Shown: one piece after another, positions 13,201 through 27,600 of the stretch
Layout of the letters: each line of letters opens with the position of its first letter
How positions within the stretch are numbered: position 1 is the stretch's first letter
NCBI GenBank assembly: GCA_046563655.1
Contig: CM102290.1
Location: forward strand, 4,092,001 to 4,156,000
Source of the DNA: Yuukianura sp. NJ FZ-2021
Taxonomy: Eukaryota
DNA: 64,000 bases
Direction: 5' to 3'
The notes under the pieces: generated by a model
Databases searched by the model: none
Told to the model about the DNA's origin: nothing
What the model saw: the letters and a program-made list of their open reading frames with translations, nothing else
Translations under genes and position numbers: made by a program

Positions 13201-15322
13201 TTTAGAGGTGAGGAGTTGGAAACATAAGCATAACGGAAGAGATTCGAGAACACTTTTAGGCTTAAAATATCTTCCTAATGGTCTCCTGTCCCTCTGTTTC
13301 CTGTGTCCCGTGGGTTAAGCCCACTTAGAAACGGGCGATCAATAGAAACGTGCTGTAAAATAATAATTTGATGAAATTACAGGCCACAGCTGCAGTTTTG
13401 GCGTACACGTCATACCGAGTCTGTGGACTTCTCTCTGCGATGCCAAAGAAGCCGAATGATGACAAGGCTCTCTACTTGTATGCTGGGTAAATAAATCTCT
13501 CCATAAATTGTGCACTTCCTTGTGGCTAAACGTCTTTTCTCGGGGTTTCTCTGGTGAAAGGCTCCACAAAATAAAGAGAGTTTAAGACACCTTTCACTAA
13601 TCACTCTTCAGCACAAGCGATCATTAGGCTCTTTCTTTCCTTTTTCTGGGTAGATCTCCAAGGAACTGACTAATTCACCCTCTTCTTTGTTTCTTTTCAG
13701 GACGTGGCTGCGAGGGAGCCTTCTCATCTTGGTTTTCATGACGCTTTCTTGGACACTCCGCCTCATCCAGTTAGATGCGGACTCTGAGGCCGTCACTTAT
13801 GCAGCTAATATAACACTGGCGGTTCAAGGGATTGCAATCCTCGTCTTCCATCTACTTAAAGCAGAAGATGTACGTTGGACATGATAAATTACTATTAGTA
13901 TTATGAAAAATAATGTTGTTACCTTGAATTTTGTTGGATTTGGATTGTTTAGAGCTTTGCCAAATTATGTGATTGTGGGAGAAGTTCAAGCAACAGCGAC
14001 ACTGAAATGTCAACCCATTCCCAGCAGCAACTTCAAGCTTCGGCGGGTAGCTCCCAACCGCCGGGTGGAATCGAAGCCTGTCACAGTAGTCATCTGAGCC
14101 AACAAAGAGGAATGGATGGTTCGGGCCTACTTACTCTAAATAGGCAGGCGTTGGAAGCCCGTAACCAAGAGAGTCTTTATGCGAAGCAATTGGGCTTGCA
14201 ACCTTCTCCTGGTAAGATTTCATGAGACACTCCGTAGAAATAGCAAATTCACAATTAAGTTATTAATGAATCCAATGATGGTTTAGGAGGAATGCCGATG
14301 GGGCCTAGATATGGTGCAGGAGACATGGGAGTCCTCGGGTTGTATGGTAAAGGAAGTGGACTAGACGGTAACTGGACCCGGGGAAGTAGCTACTCCGATG
14401 GGCTGAGCATGGGATATCATCATCGAAATGATCCAGTGTATGAAGAAATTGAAAAACCAATGTCACCTCGAGCTTCCGTTTCTGATCTCTCTGAAGATGA
14501 AATGAACGTATATCCACATGACCCAGATGTGTACAACAGAAGCCTCTACGGCCAACAACCGGTAAGACTAAGACAAAAATTCGCCGTCAGTTTCCATCTT
14601 TCATATTTACCGCGCGCTGCGAACTCTTCAACGTTATAACCTCGTTATAGTTATTTTTAGCAGTTTGATGCGAACTATTTGGTTAGCTTGAATAAATGTT
14701 TCTAACTTTCCTAAACGACAGTACTTTTCTGAAAGTTAGGTTGACAATTCAAAGCGGGTCGTTTAACGAAACGTCAAGAAAACCCTCCACCTTTTTCGTG
14801 TCCGCAGTGACCGATAGGGTTTTACTATTACAAAAAAAAGTTTAGTAGTACTAAATTGAAGCTTTTCCGAGAAGGTATTTTATGATGATTTTTCGGAAGT
14901 AAAGAAATGGAAAAAGTATTCCTTCTGTTCTACGTTTATGACTCCTATTTTTTATGACGTCTTAATGTCCCCATAAAACGGTTACAACAATTGATGTCTT
15001 CTTTTATTTTTTTTATCTGTAGAACCGGGGTACGCCCTCCCACTACCACCATCACCGTCACTTCTTTCAACCAAACAATGGAAAAGAACGACGGAAAGGT
15101 GACATTCATCTTCTTGGTGCTGGAGAGGCTGCCAATCCTCTTCTTAACAGAAGTCAACACTTCAACTCCAACCAAATACATCAAATGTCTCCGCAGGGAC
15201 ATCATCCAGGTCGCTACAATTCATCTAGACATCATGCCGGGCCCACCGACCACCTTCACCATGTCTCCCTCAAGGGACTTCATCCGGATGAACACATTCT
15301 TCAAAACGTTCACATGGTCTAA
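4254..15322 (+). CDS. Cirl: Latrophilin/Cirl-like adhesion GPCR, 5'-incomplete (lectin exon not found in window). Exons approx 4254-4919, 5553-5776, 6453-6762, 6856-6933, 7114-7293, 7961-8170, 8604-8745, 9331-9414, 11611-11776, 12302-12513, 13383-13486, 13701-13869, 13953-14211, 14287-14561, 15023-15322
   Basis: HRM-like domain ([26 protein letters not shown]...PDLSDC), GAIN region ([10 protein letters not shown]), GPS motif CVFWDY...[31 protein letters not shown], and 7TM exons ([10 protein letters not shown]...[10 protein letters not shown]...FVGPA). Exons join in phase through GT-AG sites; ends ...QNVHMV*. Confidence 0.88.
9965..10676 (-). pseudogene. Truncated transposase, DNA-binding domains only; exons 10676-10387 and 10307-9965
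   Basis: A 79 bp GT-AG intron (10386-10308) joins ...TGTAVR to [11 protein letters not shown]... in frame. Transposase similarity ends near LELFRAF and the frame runs through the TIR to a stop in host flank. Confidence 0.75.
9993..10849 (-). mobile_element. Internally deleted pogo-superfamily (POGK-like) DNA transposon in a Cirl intron
   Basis: Perfect 25 bp TIRs CCGTATTTTCTCGCAGATAAGCCGC (9993-10017 / 10825-10849) flanked by TA on both sides. Internal ORF pieces encode a Brinker-like HTH ([11 protein letters not shown]...[17 protein letters not shown]) and a CENP-B-type HTH ([12 protein letters not shown]...[20 protein letters not shown]). No DDE domain seen. Confidence 0.92.
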
Positions 15323-16010
15323 TTTAAGTTTCAGTGGGAGAATCACAAGTGGCAGCAGGGCAGCGGAAATCATATTAGATTTTGACGCTGAGATTCTGCC
15401 TCTAATTTATAAGAGACTGACTTATCTTAATTTAAACGTACCCCCGTAACATTTATTGTTCCATTTTCTAATTTATTATTTTCAGAGTTAAGATAGGCGG
15501 ACAGATGTACGTCAAATATTTTTGTTGCGAATCCCCGCTAAATAACTATACTAGCCCCCCTCCTCCCTGGATACTGTAAAACTTACAATGCAATGAGACT
15601 CAGGTATCACTAAAGTTAATATGCCGGTTGTACACTCACCTATTGCGTTCCTGACACTACTTAGGAACCATTTTTTACTTAAAATGGCAGTAAACCAGCA
15701 TGATTGTTGTCAGTGCCATGAGTTTCCTATTTGGGTTGACTGCTGGACGAGATAGTTGATTTCCGTGAACATATTAACAAAGAGATGATTAGACGGGATA
15801 AGATTGATGTTCACTTTACTTCCTAAGTCCTAGGCTAAAGTAGCGCTTAAGAATAACTTTTAGACTTTTTTTAAACTGAAAGTTCGTAACTAACGCGCAT
15901 AAAAAGCGTGTATAAATACAGCGATGATACAATAAAAGTGAGATCAACCAAAAATAAAAATGGATGAACAAAAAGTTTCGCCATTGAATTTATTATGTAC
16001 CATTCTTACC

Positions 16011-17345
16011 GTACCTTTTTAAAATTTCTAAAAATACTCCATATTTTTGTGAATTCAGGAGTGAAGAGTTTACCTCTCTATCACCTTCCGTTCCCAAGAT
16101 ATGAATTTTTAAAGTTTTTGAACAAGGTAAATAGAATACTACTAGGTAGTGCGAATGGAAAGTTTGTTTGGTTGCCATGTGGAAAAAAAAATGACGTCAC
16201 CCGCTGAAAATACCGGAATTCTGCCAATTATTGGTGGTGTCCCATAGAAACCCCTAAGACGCATCTTGTTTACATAAATGCCAGCGGGTTCCAATTTCAC
16301 GATTACGGTATTTTTCAGCTGGTGACGTCACAAACAAAAAATTGCGTTGGTTGCTATGGGCGCCATTTGCAGGGGGCTGGTTTTTGAAAATTAAAACAAA
16401 ATTTTGAAAATTTATATCTCGGCAACGGAAAGCGTTAGAGACCAAATCTCTTCGCGAAAAAGTTTCAACAAATATGAAGAATTTTTAGAAATATTGAAAA
16501 CTCCAAAATGGAACATCAAGTTTTTCGTCAAATTTTGAAAAAAACCATGGACTATAGTCCATGGTTTTTTGTGAAATTTGGTCAAAATCTGAGGGTACCT
16601 TTTTAAAATTTCTAAAAATACTACATATTTTTGTGAATTCAGGAGTGAAGAGTTTACCTCTCTATCACCTTCCGTTCCCGAGTTATGAATTTTCAAAGTT
16701 TTTGAAAATTAAAATGAAATTATGAAAATTTATATCTCGTAAACGGAAAGCGATAGAGACCTAATCTCTTCGCGAGAAACTTTCAAAAAACATGAAGAAT
16801 TTTTAGAAATTTTGAAAACTCCAAAATGGAACATCAAGTTTTTCGTCAAATTTTGAAAAAAACCATGGACTATAGTCCATGGATTTTTTCGAAATTTCGT
16901 CAAAATCTGAGGGTACCTTTTTAAAATTTCTAAAAATACTCCATATTTTTGTGAATTCAGGAGTGAAGAGTTTACCTTTCTATCGCTTTCCGTTCCCGAG
17001 ATATGAATTTTTAAAGTTTTTGAAAGTTAAAATAAAACTTTGAAAATTTATATCTCGGCAACGGAAAGCGTTAGAGACCTAATCTCTTCGCCAGAAACTT
17101 TCAACAAATATGAAGAATTTTTAGAAATTTTGAAAACTCCAAAATGGAACATCAAGTTTTTCGTCAAATTTTGAAAAAAACCATGGACTATTATAGTCCA
17201 TGGTTTTTTGTGAAATTTCGTCAAAATCTGAGGGTACCTTTTTAAAATTTCTTAAAATACTACATATTTTTGTGAATTCAGGAGCGAAGAGTTTACCTCT
17301 CTATCGCTTTCCGTTCCCGAGTTATGAATTTTCAAAAAAAAAAAA
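16011..17345. repeat. Tandem array of ~318 bp internally palindromic units (about 3 full units plus partial copies), probably transposon-derived
   Basis: CCATGGACTATAGTCCATGG at 16545 and 16863, and at 17181 with a 3 nt insertion; period 318. Each unit also holds two ~100 bp segments that are imperfect reverse complements. Partial copy at 16011-16122 and degenerate copy near 17747-17821. Confidence 0.9.
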
Positions 17346-17585
17346 TTTGTAAGTTTTACGTTTTGAAGTTTTTTAATTTTTTTGAGAGATTTAACATGGC
17401 GAAGCAGGGAGTCTGCTTGGAAACTGCCGGAACTATGCGGAGAGTAGACGGCCCAAAAAGGTTCCTTCCACTCTCAATTTTTTCCCGGCAGTCGTCTTCA
17501 TCGCAGAACAAAGGAGTGGAAGCCCTTTTCGCTCTGTATATTCCCCTGCCTAAAATCAATTTTCCGAATTCCCATTTCCAATTTG

Positions 17586-17632
17586 GAGCATAGAGATTCG
17601 GTTTGGAAATTCCAAACCGAATCTCTATGCTC
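17586..17632. repeat. Perfect palindrome, 23 bp arms with 1 nt spacer
   Basis: GAGCATAGAGATTCGGTTTGGAA-A-TTCCAAACCGAATCTCTATGCTC. Confidence 0.95.
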
Positions 17633-18153
17633 TTCAAAACACACCAAAGACGCCGCAGTTTTGGGAAATCCAGGCGCTGCAAATACTACAAAATAACGCA
17701 AAACAAAACGAATTTCTGAACACGCTCAAACTCCAAAGTACAAGACCTCCAAAAGCGAACATCAAGCTTGTCGTCATTTAAAAAAAAGAAAACTGTGGAC
17801 TTTGAAAAATTAAACAGTCCAACATTTTTAAAATCCTCGGATACGTAGTACGAGAGAGGTGATCTCGTGGTTTTTGAAATCAGGATTTACGGCAGTATTT
17901 TTGCAAGTACGTTAAGATTGCTTACGTTAATTTTAAAAGGTCATAAAATGAATAAAAGTTTCCCACGTATTTTAGAAAAATAACTGTGAACCCTTCCCAA
18001 AATGAAGTTTTGTCTTTCTTTTGTCTTTGGAAAATTTAATTTAGAAAAACATAATATGAAAAAGATATAAACTAAACTAAGAATGAATTAATTCGTAACA
18101 ACAAAAAGGAATAATGCTGTGTAGTCAATCGCCTGATGTTGGAAATCTACAAT

Positions 18154-19821
18154 CTACATATTCTCGTCTTCCTCTTGGATCATGGTTAGCACCTTGCCAC
18201 GCTTTCGCGCTTCGTTCAAATTTAGCTTCCCAAGTCTTTCGGATACATCTGGCGAAGTTGCCCGACCTTTGCGCGGGACAGACTCCATACTGTCGCCAAA
18301 ATCGTCTTCCTCGAAGCCAAGTTGGGCTTCAGAACCTGCTGCTGCTTCCTCTTCCATTCGTGACTCCATACGAAATTTCATGATGTCCATTTTCTGAAAA
18401 AAAAAGGTGATATATGTGAAAGAAAAAATAATTTGTTCCGCTCTATCCTAAACAGATCGATTCTAAACAGTAAATCGGTTAAGTAACGGCTATTCGTAAC
18501 TTCGTCAGTAGTCCGCAAATCGGTAGGTTGATTGATTAATTAGTTGCGTTACCTTTTGGGACGTTCCCGGTTTAATTTTGAAATTCTGAAGGGCATGACA
18601 ACTTGCTCCCATACTAACTTTATCCAACTCAACTTCGGTTTCCGTGAGAGCCTCAAAGACCATTTTGGCTGCAATGCGTTGTGCGATGTAGCGACTGTCG
18701 CTTTTCCCTGAAATTGATAGAATTGATTTGGATGAGTAAAATACTTCAGCATGATACGTACTAGTACATAAGGTAAGAAGATTTAATGCATACAAAAATT
18801 TGACTAACGCCAGCAGTCCCATATTTAGGTTGCAAGAGGTTTATTGTGCCATGCTTCCTGACGAATATTATCGGCGAAACTTAAGGCACGTTACAAATTA
18901 ACATTAGTTTAGGTTATGGCGTTACTCACCAATCCGAATCAGTTGGCCAACTTGACACTTGAACATAAAAAGTTCCGTCATTTCCTCTTCAGGGTCAATC
19001 GCCAGTTGGATGTACATAGGAGCGCACAGATTCAAAACCGAACAGAGTTCCAGTAAATCTCCGAAGATTGATGGGTTGATTCTTCCGCCTGGAACCATCC
19101 CGTAAAGTGGAACCTCAAATCCGCCACTCTCTACTTTCAAGAGCAGGTCAAACGCAGCAATTTGGAGAGCCAATCGACGTCTGGGAGCCTCTCCACGACC
19201 TGCGAAACAGGAAAGTAGTTAGATCAAAATTACGCTACTAAATAAACATTAACTTAAGGTTCTCGTTAAGGAAATCGAACACCCATACGAACTATTGCAG
19301 TATTTTGTGAACCGATATAAGTTGAACTCGTAGGGTGTAGTAGGCTTCGTGATCAAGCGTTGGTTGTTGACCGCTACATATATACCGCTACCGCATTCGG
19401 GGCTTTTACTGTAAGTTCCCAAGAAGAATTGCTCGGAAGAACACTTACTTCATCTGACAAGCTAGGTTGCCCTAATCGATCGGCATCCGGAGACGTTGCA
19501 GTTATTAGCTCTTCCGGATCCGGCCTGGTACCTTTTATCATTAGCGAGCTCTACCCGGTTTACTTCCAGAGCCAATCGCAATTTGACCTATCAGTATATA
19601 AAATGCCTACCCCTGATTCTCCCCGTATACATCTCGATCTGATGAATAACGCAGCTTGGCGAAACATGAATCTCATGGCACTCCATATGAAGTGGAGTAC
19701 CGTATTCCTTGGCGACCTCTCGTAGAACCACTAGCGGGGTTCTGATAGATCCATCGTCACAAAGTAGTCTTCCCCGATTCTTACTGTATGCGGCCTCCAA
19801 TGCTTGAATGGCGTCAGTCAT
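18154..19821 (-). CDS. Divergent two-dsRBD protein (TRBP/PACT/Loquacious/R2D2-like layout), ~291 aa; exons 19821-19611, 19199-18930, 18707-18553, 18393-18154
   Basis: Spliced product has dsRBD1 TPLVVLREVAKEYGTPLHMECHEIHVSPSCVIHQIEMYTGRIRGRGEAPRRRLALQIAAFDLLLKV and dsRBD2 IFGDLLELCSVLNLCAPMYIQL...FMFKCQVGQLIRIGKSDSRYIAQRIAAKMVFEAL, then an acidic tail. All three introns are GT-AG with compatible phases (1,1,0). Confidence 0.75.
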
Positions 19822-20645
19822 CGTTACAAAACAGTAGTTCACGTTCTACAAATGTCGGGTACTCCGTCGCTTTTGCTAGTAGAGGTCAAATTGGAAATAC
19901 CGAAGAAAGGATGATGAAAACTTGCCTCAGGTTTCGGGTACTAAGGTTATTATAACAACCTTGTTCGCTTCTGTGACAATGCCAATGTGTACTCAGAGCA
20001 CAGACAACAGTGATCTCCTCTCCCTCTCCTTCCTTGTTATAAATTACGCGGGAAGAGAAATAACTGATAAGAGAAGTCGACGTGACGCGCGCGTGGGAGA
20101 TGAATGGAATGAGTGAATGCGATTGGCCATACCATACCATAGGCGGAAGCACTACTAATTTGAATTTCACAGAAGGCGCGCGTTTACATTCCCTCCAAGT
20201 CCAACCCAATCGAACTCAAGTTGACGTTACGTTATTCCTGCACAACGTTATAGATTGCCACCGAAGTCGTTCTTGAATTACTGAACCTTCAATCGAAAAA
20301 TATCATTTTACTACTATTTAACAAATGGTAAATGTAAATTAATCGGGCGTGAAGTACGGGAATATTGCTGACAGCCTGTGAGTCACAGGATGGCAGGCAC
20401 ACAAACTGACATACGGAAATGCATAAATGAAGCCTATGAGCAGTTTTACATAGGAAAAACCTTTTAATAGTGCAAATAAGTTTTACATAATTTTCTTACA
20501 AACTGTAAACTCTTTCCTATTGAATTCACTCTAAAGCCATGAGGCTTCCTAAATTTGTTATGTCAAGCTACCCATGTTTACAAAAGAAGAACGTCTAGAT
20601 TTATATTTAACTATCTTAAGAATTAAGTAGAAGAATTTACAGAGT

Positions 20646-20984
20646 TCAGCATCTAATGCCCGTTCCAATTGCCATAAATGTTCCAAATGTTCCTCCACCC
20701 TGAAGCATTACTTTTCCAACGCTATTGATGAGTTCTCGTCCCCTCATGCCTTGTCTATTGAGTAATCAATGCAATTTTACATCACATTAAATCTTTCTTA
20801 TAGTCATAGGTATATAGTTATAGATGCTTGGTAAATTGAAATACCTCAGTGCTCCGAAACCACCAAATATGGCTCCTGAGGCCATCCCAATGCAGAAACC
20901 CAGTAGAAACCCGGTTTTCATTCTATCGAAACATGATGGACCTTGGCCATGTGACTGGTACATTCCTCCTGCTGGTGCTGGCAT
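20646..20984 (-). CDS. ROMO1: Reactive oxygen species modulator 1 (Romo1/Mgr2 family), 82 aa; exons 20984-20845, 20754-20646
   Basis: [32 protein letters not shown] + [35 protein letters not shown]. Confidence 0.95.
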
Positions 20985-21603
20985 CTTCACAGCTTGACTT
21001 CAGACAGTTTGGGCACCTAAGTCAACTGACAAACAAATACACGTGAGTTACGGATAATTACAAATGACCTTTGTAAATTGTTTCACGAATTACCACAGTA
21101 GTATAAAGTTGATAATGTAAACCGTGTTCGTCGATGTCGTCTAAAAAGCTGAATTCGGAGAACTGACTTGTTAGCTCTCTCCTTTCCTCTGAAGTTCGCG
21201 CGTCTAACATCTTTCCAACCAGATACTGAGACTCCCATATGATAATGTACTTTACCAAGTTCAATTACTTTGTGTTATTACTAAAAAAAAATAGTAAAAT
21301 ATTGAACTTGGATTAGAGTAATTACAAACAAGTTTACGTTAATCGGCTGAAATAATAATGAAATGAATATAATTTTGGAGACTAAAATTCGCAGTAGCGA
21401 CGACATCAATTCACTTTTACTAGAAGTGTACTCTTGAATTACAACCGTTCATGCAGCGTTTAATAAAATACTGCGATATTTAATTTCTTTAAACTCATAT
21501 AAAGTCAATAAGACTGACTACAGGATTGGATTGTGTGTGATGATAGTCCAAAAGATGTAGTTAGGTATTAGGTAGGATGTGTCAGACACCGTATATTTCG
21601 AAA

Positions 21604-24607
<3,004 letters not shown>

Positions 24608-27600
24608 TTTGGAAAACAATTTCCGTCTTGGCTTCCTATTAATTCAAGAACATAAAACATATATTAATACATTTAGCATATTTTCAGAATTTCCCCTGTA
24701 ATCCCCACTGTATGACAACCACAATACGTTAATGGTGTCAGTCAATTCCATATTTTTAGTTTTCGTCGTAAATCATTTTTGACAAATTAGCAGATCATTA
24801 AAACTGCCACTGGCACCCCTCAGTGTTCGATCCTCTGTTTTTAATCCTTAACTTCATGCCCAATGCTAGCAGCGAGCTAGTATTGTTAAAAGTTTGACCT
24901 ACTAACTTAGTTTATTCGCCGAAACTCCTTGAAGATATTTGACACGGCCAATGTCAAGGTGATCGTGAGAAAGAGAGCGCTCTTAAGGGCAAGCGACACG
25001 ACCACATACGAAGTGAGAACCAATTATCGATTCTCAAGTCAAAGTTCACTGATTACTACTAAGGAATACCATCTGACAATAACTTGCGTCAGAGTTTAAT
25101 ATGATTTACTGGTATTATCATGTATACTATGTATCGCAAAATCACCTGGATCCTGGATGTTCTGTTCGTCGATTATTACCACCAAATAATATACCGTTGA
25201 GACTAAATGTATTTTGTACCAATGATATCAGCGCAAAAGGAGGTAATTGATTGATTGAACTAAAAAAAAACGTAACAACGTACTTAGAAAATGAAGATCT
25301 TTACGAGTCTGAGCCAAAAGCAAAGTGCTTTTCCCATACCCATTCCCACGTAAAAAAATTGCGAGAGTTATCACCTTTTTTCAACCATTCCGGCTCTACT
25401 CCTCTGCTGAAGTTGTATTTTCGTGTCTCAAATATCCAGGAACAGTAAGGTGCTCGTCACGACTTGTGTATTCGGCTTTAAATGTTAATAAATTGATTAA
25501 TTTAGTTAATGTTGAAACGAAGTTTATCACCAAATCTCTAATGATTTCACGGTTTAATTTAAATCGGTTTGCGACAGAAGTATAAACGCCAAGTATTCCG
25601 ATGAATGTTTGCCGCAATGTTTAGTTTCAAGTCGGTTGAAGATTGGACATCACGATTTGTACATCGTAGAACTACGATGCGATCTAGTTTATCTTTATGC
25701 TCAGGATTACTAAACCAAAGTACGGAAGATTACTAAAGTAGCGGAATTTTCAGTCAACGAATGGTACTGGTAAGTACTGGTAAGAAACTAGAAACCACTA
25801 GTGAGTTGTTAGATTGACAATTTGTCAAGCAATTGGGACACAATGGATAATTTGTTCAGTTTGTTTACATTTTTGAACTTTGTTAAACATGTTCTGGGAA
25901 ACGTTGTAGCAATTTGAAATGTCATTTTCAAGGTCACAGTTTACAATGTAGGTCGAAAAGAACAATGTGACGACTGACGACGCTAAAACAGACACGTACG
26001 CCTAGGTTTACATTTTTCCCATTATTTTTATCCATCCATCCTCAATCAAACTTAAAGTGTAATTAATTAAAGTTTTGTTTAAGGTTTAAATGTGACTGAT
26101 CTCTTAATGAGACTTGCTACACATTAAAAATTAATAGGTTACAGCCTAGAGGTCATGCGTATAAAATACACATTAAGCATTAAGCAAGACTAAAAACGGC
26201 CTAATCCCCTATTAAATAATTTTCTTTAGGCGTTAAATAAGTTGGAACATTATAACGCCAATTGGGTGTGTCATGCGCGGGTACATGCCGATGTTCCTTG
26301 CGGTTTAAACTTCCAAAAATATTTAAAACTTTTATTATAATGTAAATAATTTCAAATCATATCACATTCAAGCAGGCAATAAAACATTAATTTCCAGATG
26401 TTAATCCTATTTCGAACTGATTGGTACACATTTTCCTGTTTTGATATTTTTAAATAACCGAGCCAAGCAAATTATTTCCCATAGTTTCCATATTTTTCGA
26501 AAATGTTTGCAAAATGTTCAATGTCTGAACAGTAAAAACGTTAAGAAAGCATTCAAAAAAACCTTTCTCTTGTGCCCTGAACTTTAGAGAAACCTTAGCG
26601 TCGCTGGATTTGGCCTCACTCAAGGTCAAGACTCAACAGAACCATTGTTCCACTCCTCGACACCGTAAGAAAACGTTAAAATGCCGTGAATCTTTACTAA
26701 TTGTAAGCATTTTGTACAGAATTAGCATCAGCATTAATCAACTATTGAATGACTTACGTGTCTTGTTCAGGCTTGATCTCATCAATGACCGGAAGACGAG
26801 AGGTCGTTCGTGGAAGTCCTTGCTTGACCCCACTAGTAGAAGAAAAACCGCGACGAAAGAAACTGACGTCTTGTCGCCGTGTTACGAAAGAAGCTACGCC
26901 AAAGTCAATAGGAACTTGTCTTGCGACAGCATTCATCGTAAAATAGTCCTTGAAGAATTTCAGTAGTTTAGATCCCACTGCAAGTTCAAATCACAATCTT
27001 TGTTCAATCATTTCAAAATGAAACGAGGTCACTTCAGGATTTATGGGTCATTAGGTATATGTCAACGACTTTCGCATTGTTAACACACACTTCTAATAAA
27101 TGTGCCCTTAGATTTTTAAACTGAAAAAACTAAGAAGGGACTTAAGTGGGGTTCAAACTGCGGAAGCTGAGGAGCAGCAATGCAAAATAGAAGTGACAGG
27201 AGATTCGGAACATGACAATTGGAAACTAAACAGTGTCAATTTTAATGTTTGTAACAATGCATGGAGTGACTAATGCTTTTTCTTACAACCCAACAATGCC
27301 TGCTTTTCCCTGTGACTAATTACCATTTCTGGAACTCTCCATTAAAATCATCAAAACAAACGGCTAAAAACATGTTTTAATTTGATTGAAGTACTTTAGG
27401 TTTAAGTACCCTGTTTATTTTTCTTCAAAAGTTTTCTAGTAGTTCCCAGACAATTATTAATTATACTTCACAAGAACCTCTTTATATTAGGAATTTTGAG
27501 TAGTACTTCAGTTTAACTGTTATCGGGGAATTTATAACTTCATTGCCATTGTGTTACCCTACGCTTTGTCCTCAGTCCACAGTGACCGCGGTTTAGCGGC

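Noticed and set aside
14991..15449. 152 aa ORF-track frame over the last Cirl exon
   Set aside because: Splice phase from the preceding exon selects a different frame, which ends at 15322.
16381..17345. CRISPR-like appearance of regularly spaced palindromes
   Set aside because: The sequences between palindromes are near-identical rather than unique spacers, the period is 318 bp, the context is eukaryotic and there are no cas genes.
19360..19725. 121 aa plus-strand ORF
   Set aside because: Antisense to dsRBD exon 1 and intron 1, with no recognisable motif.
26610..26978. Overlapping 65-118 aa ORFs between AMPK and the F-box gene
   Set aside because: No recognisable homology or convincing gene structure; cannot be supported from sequence alone.
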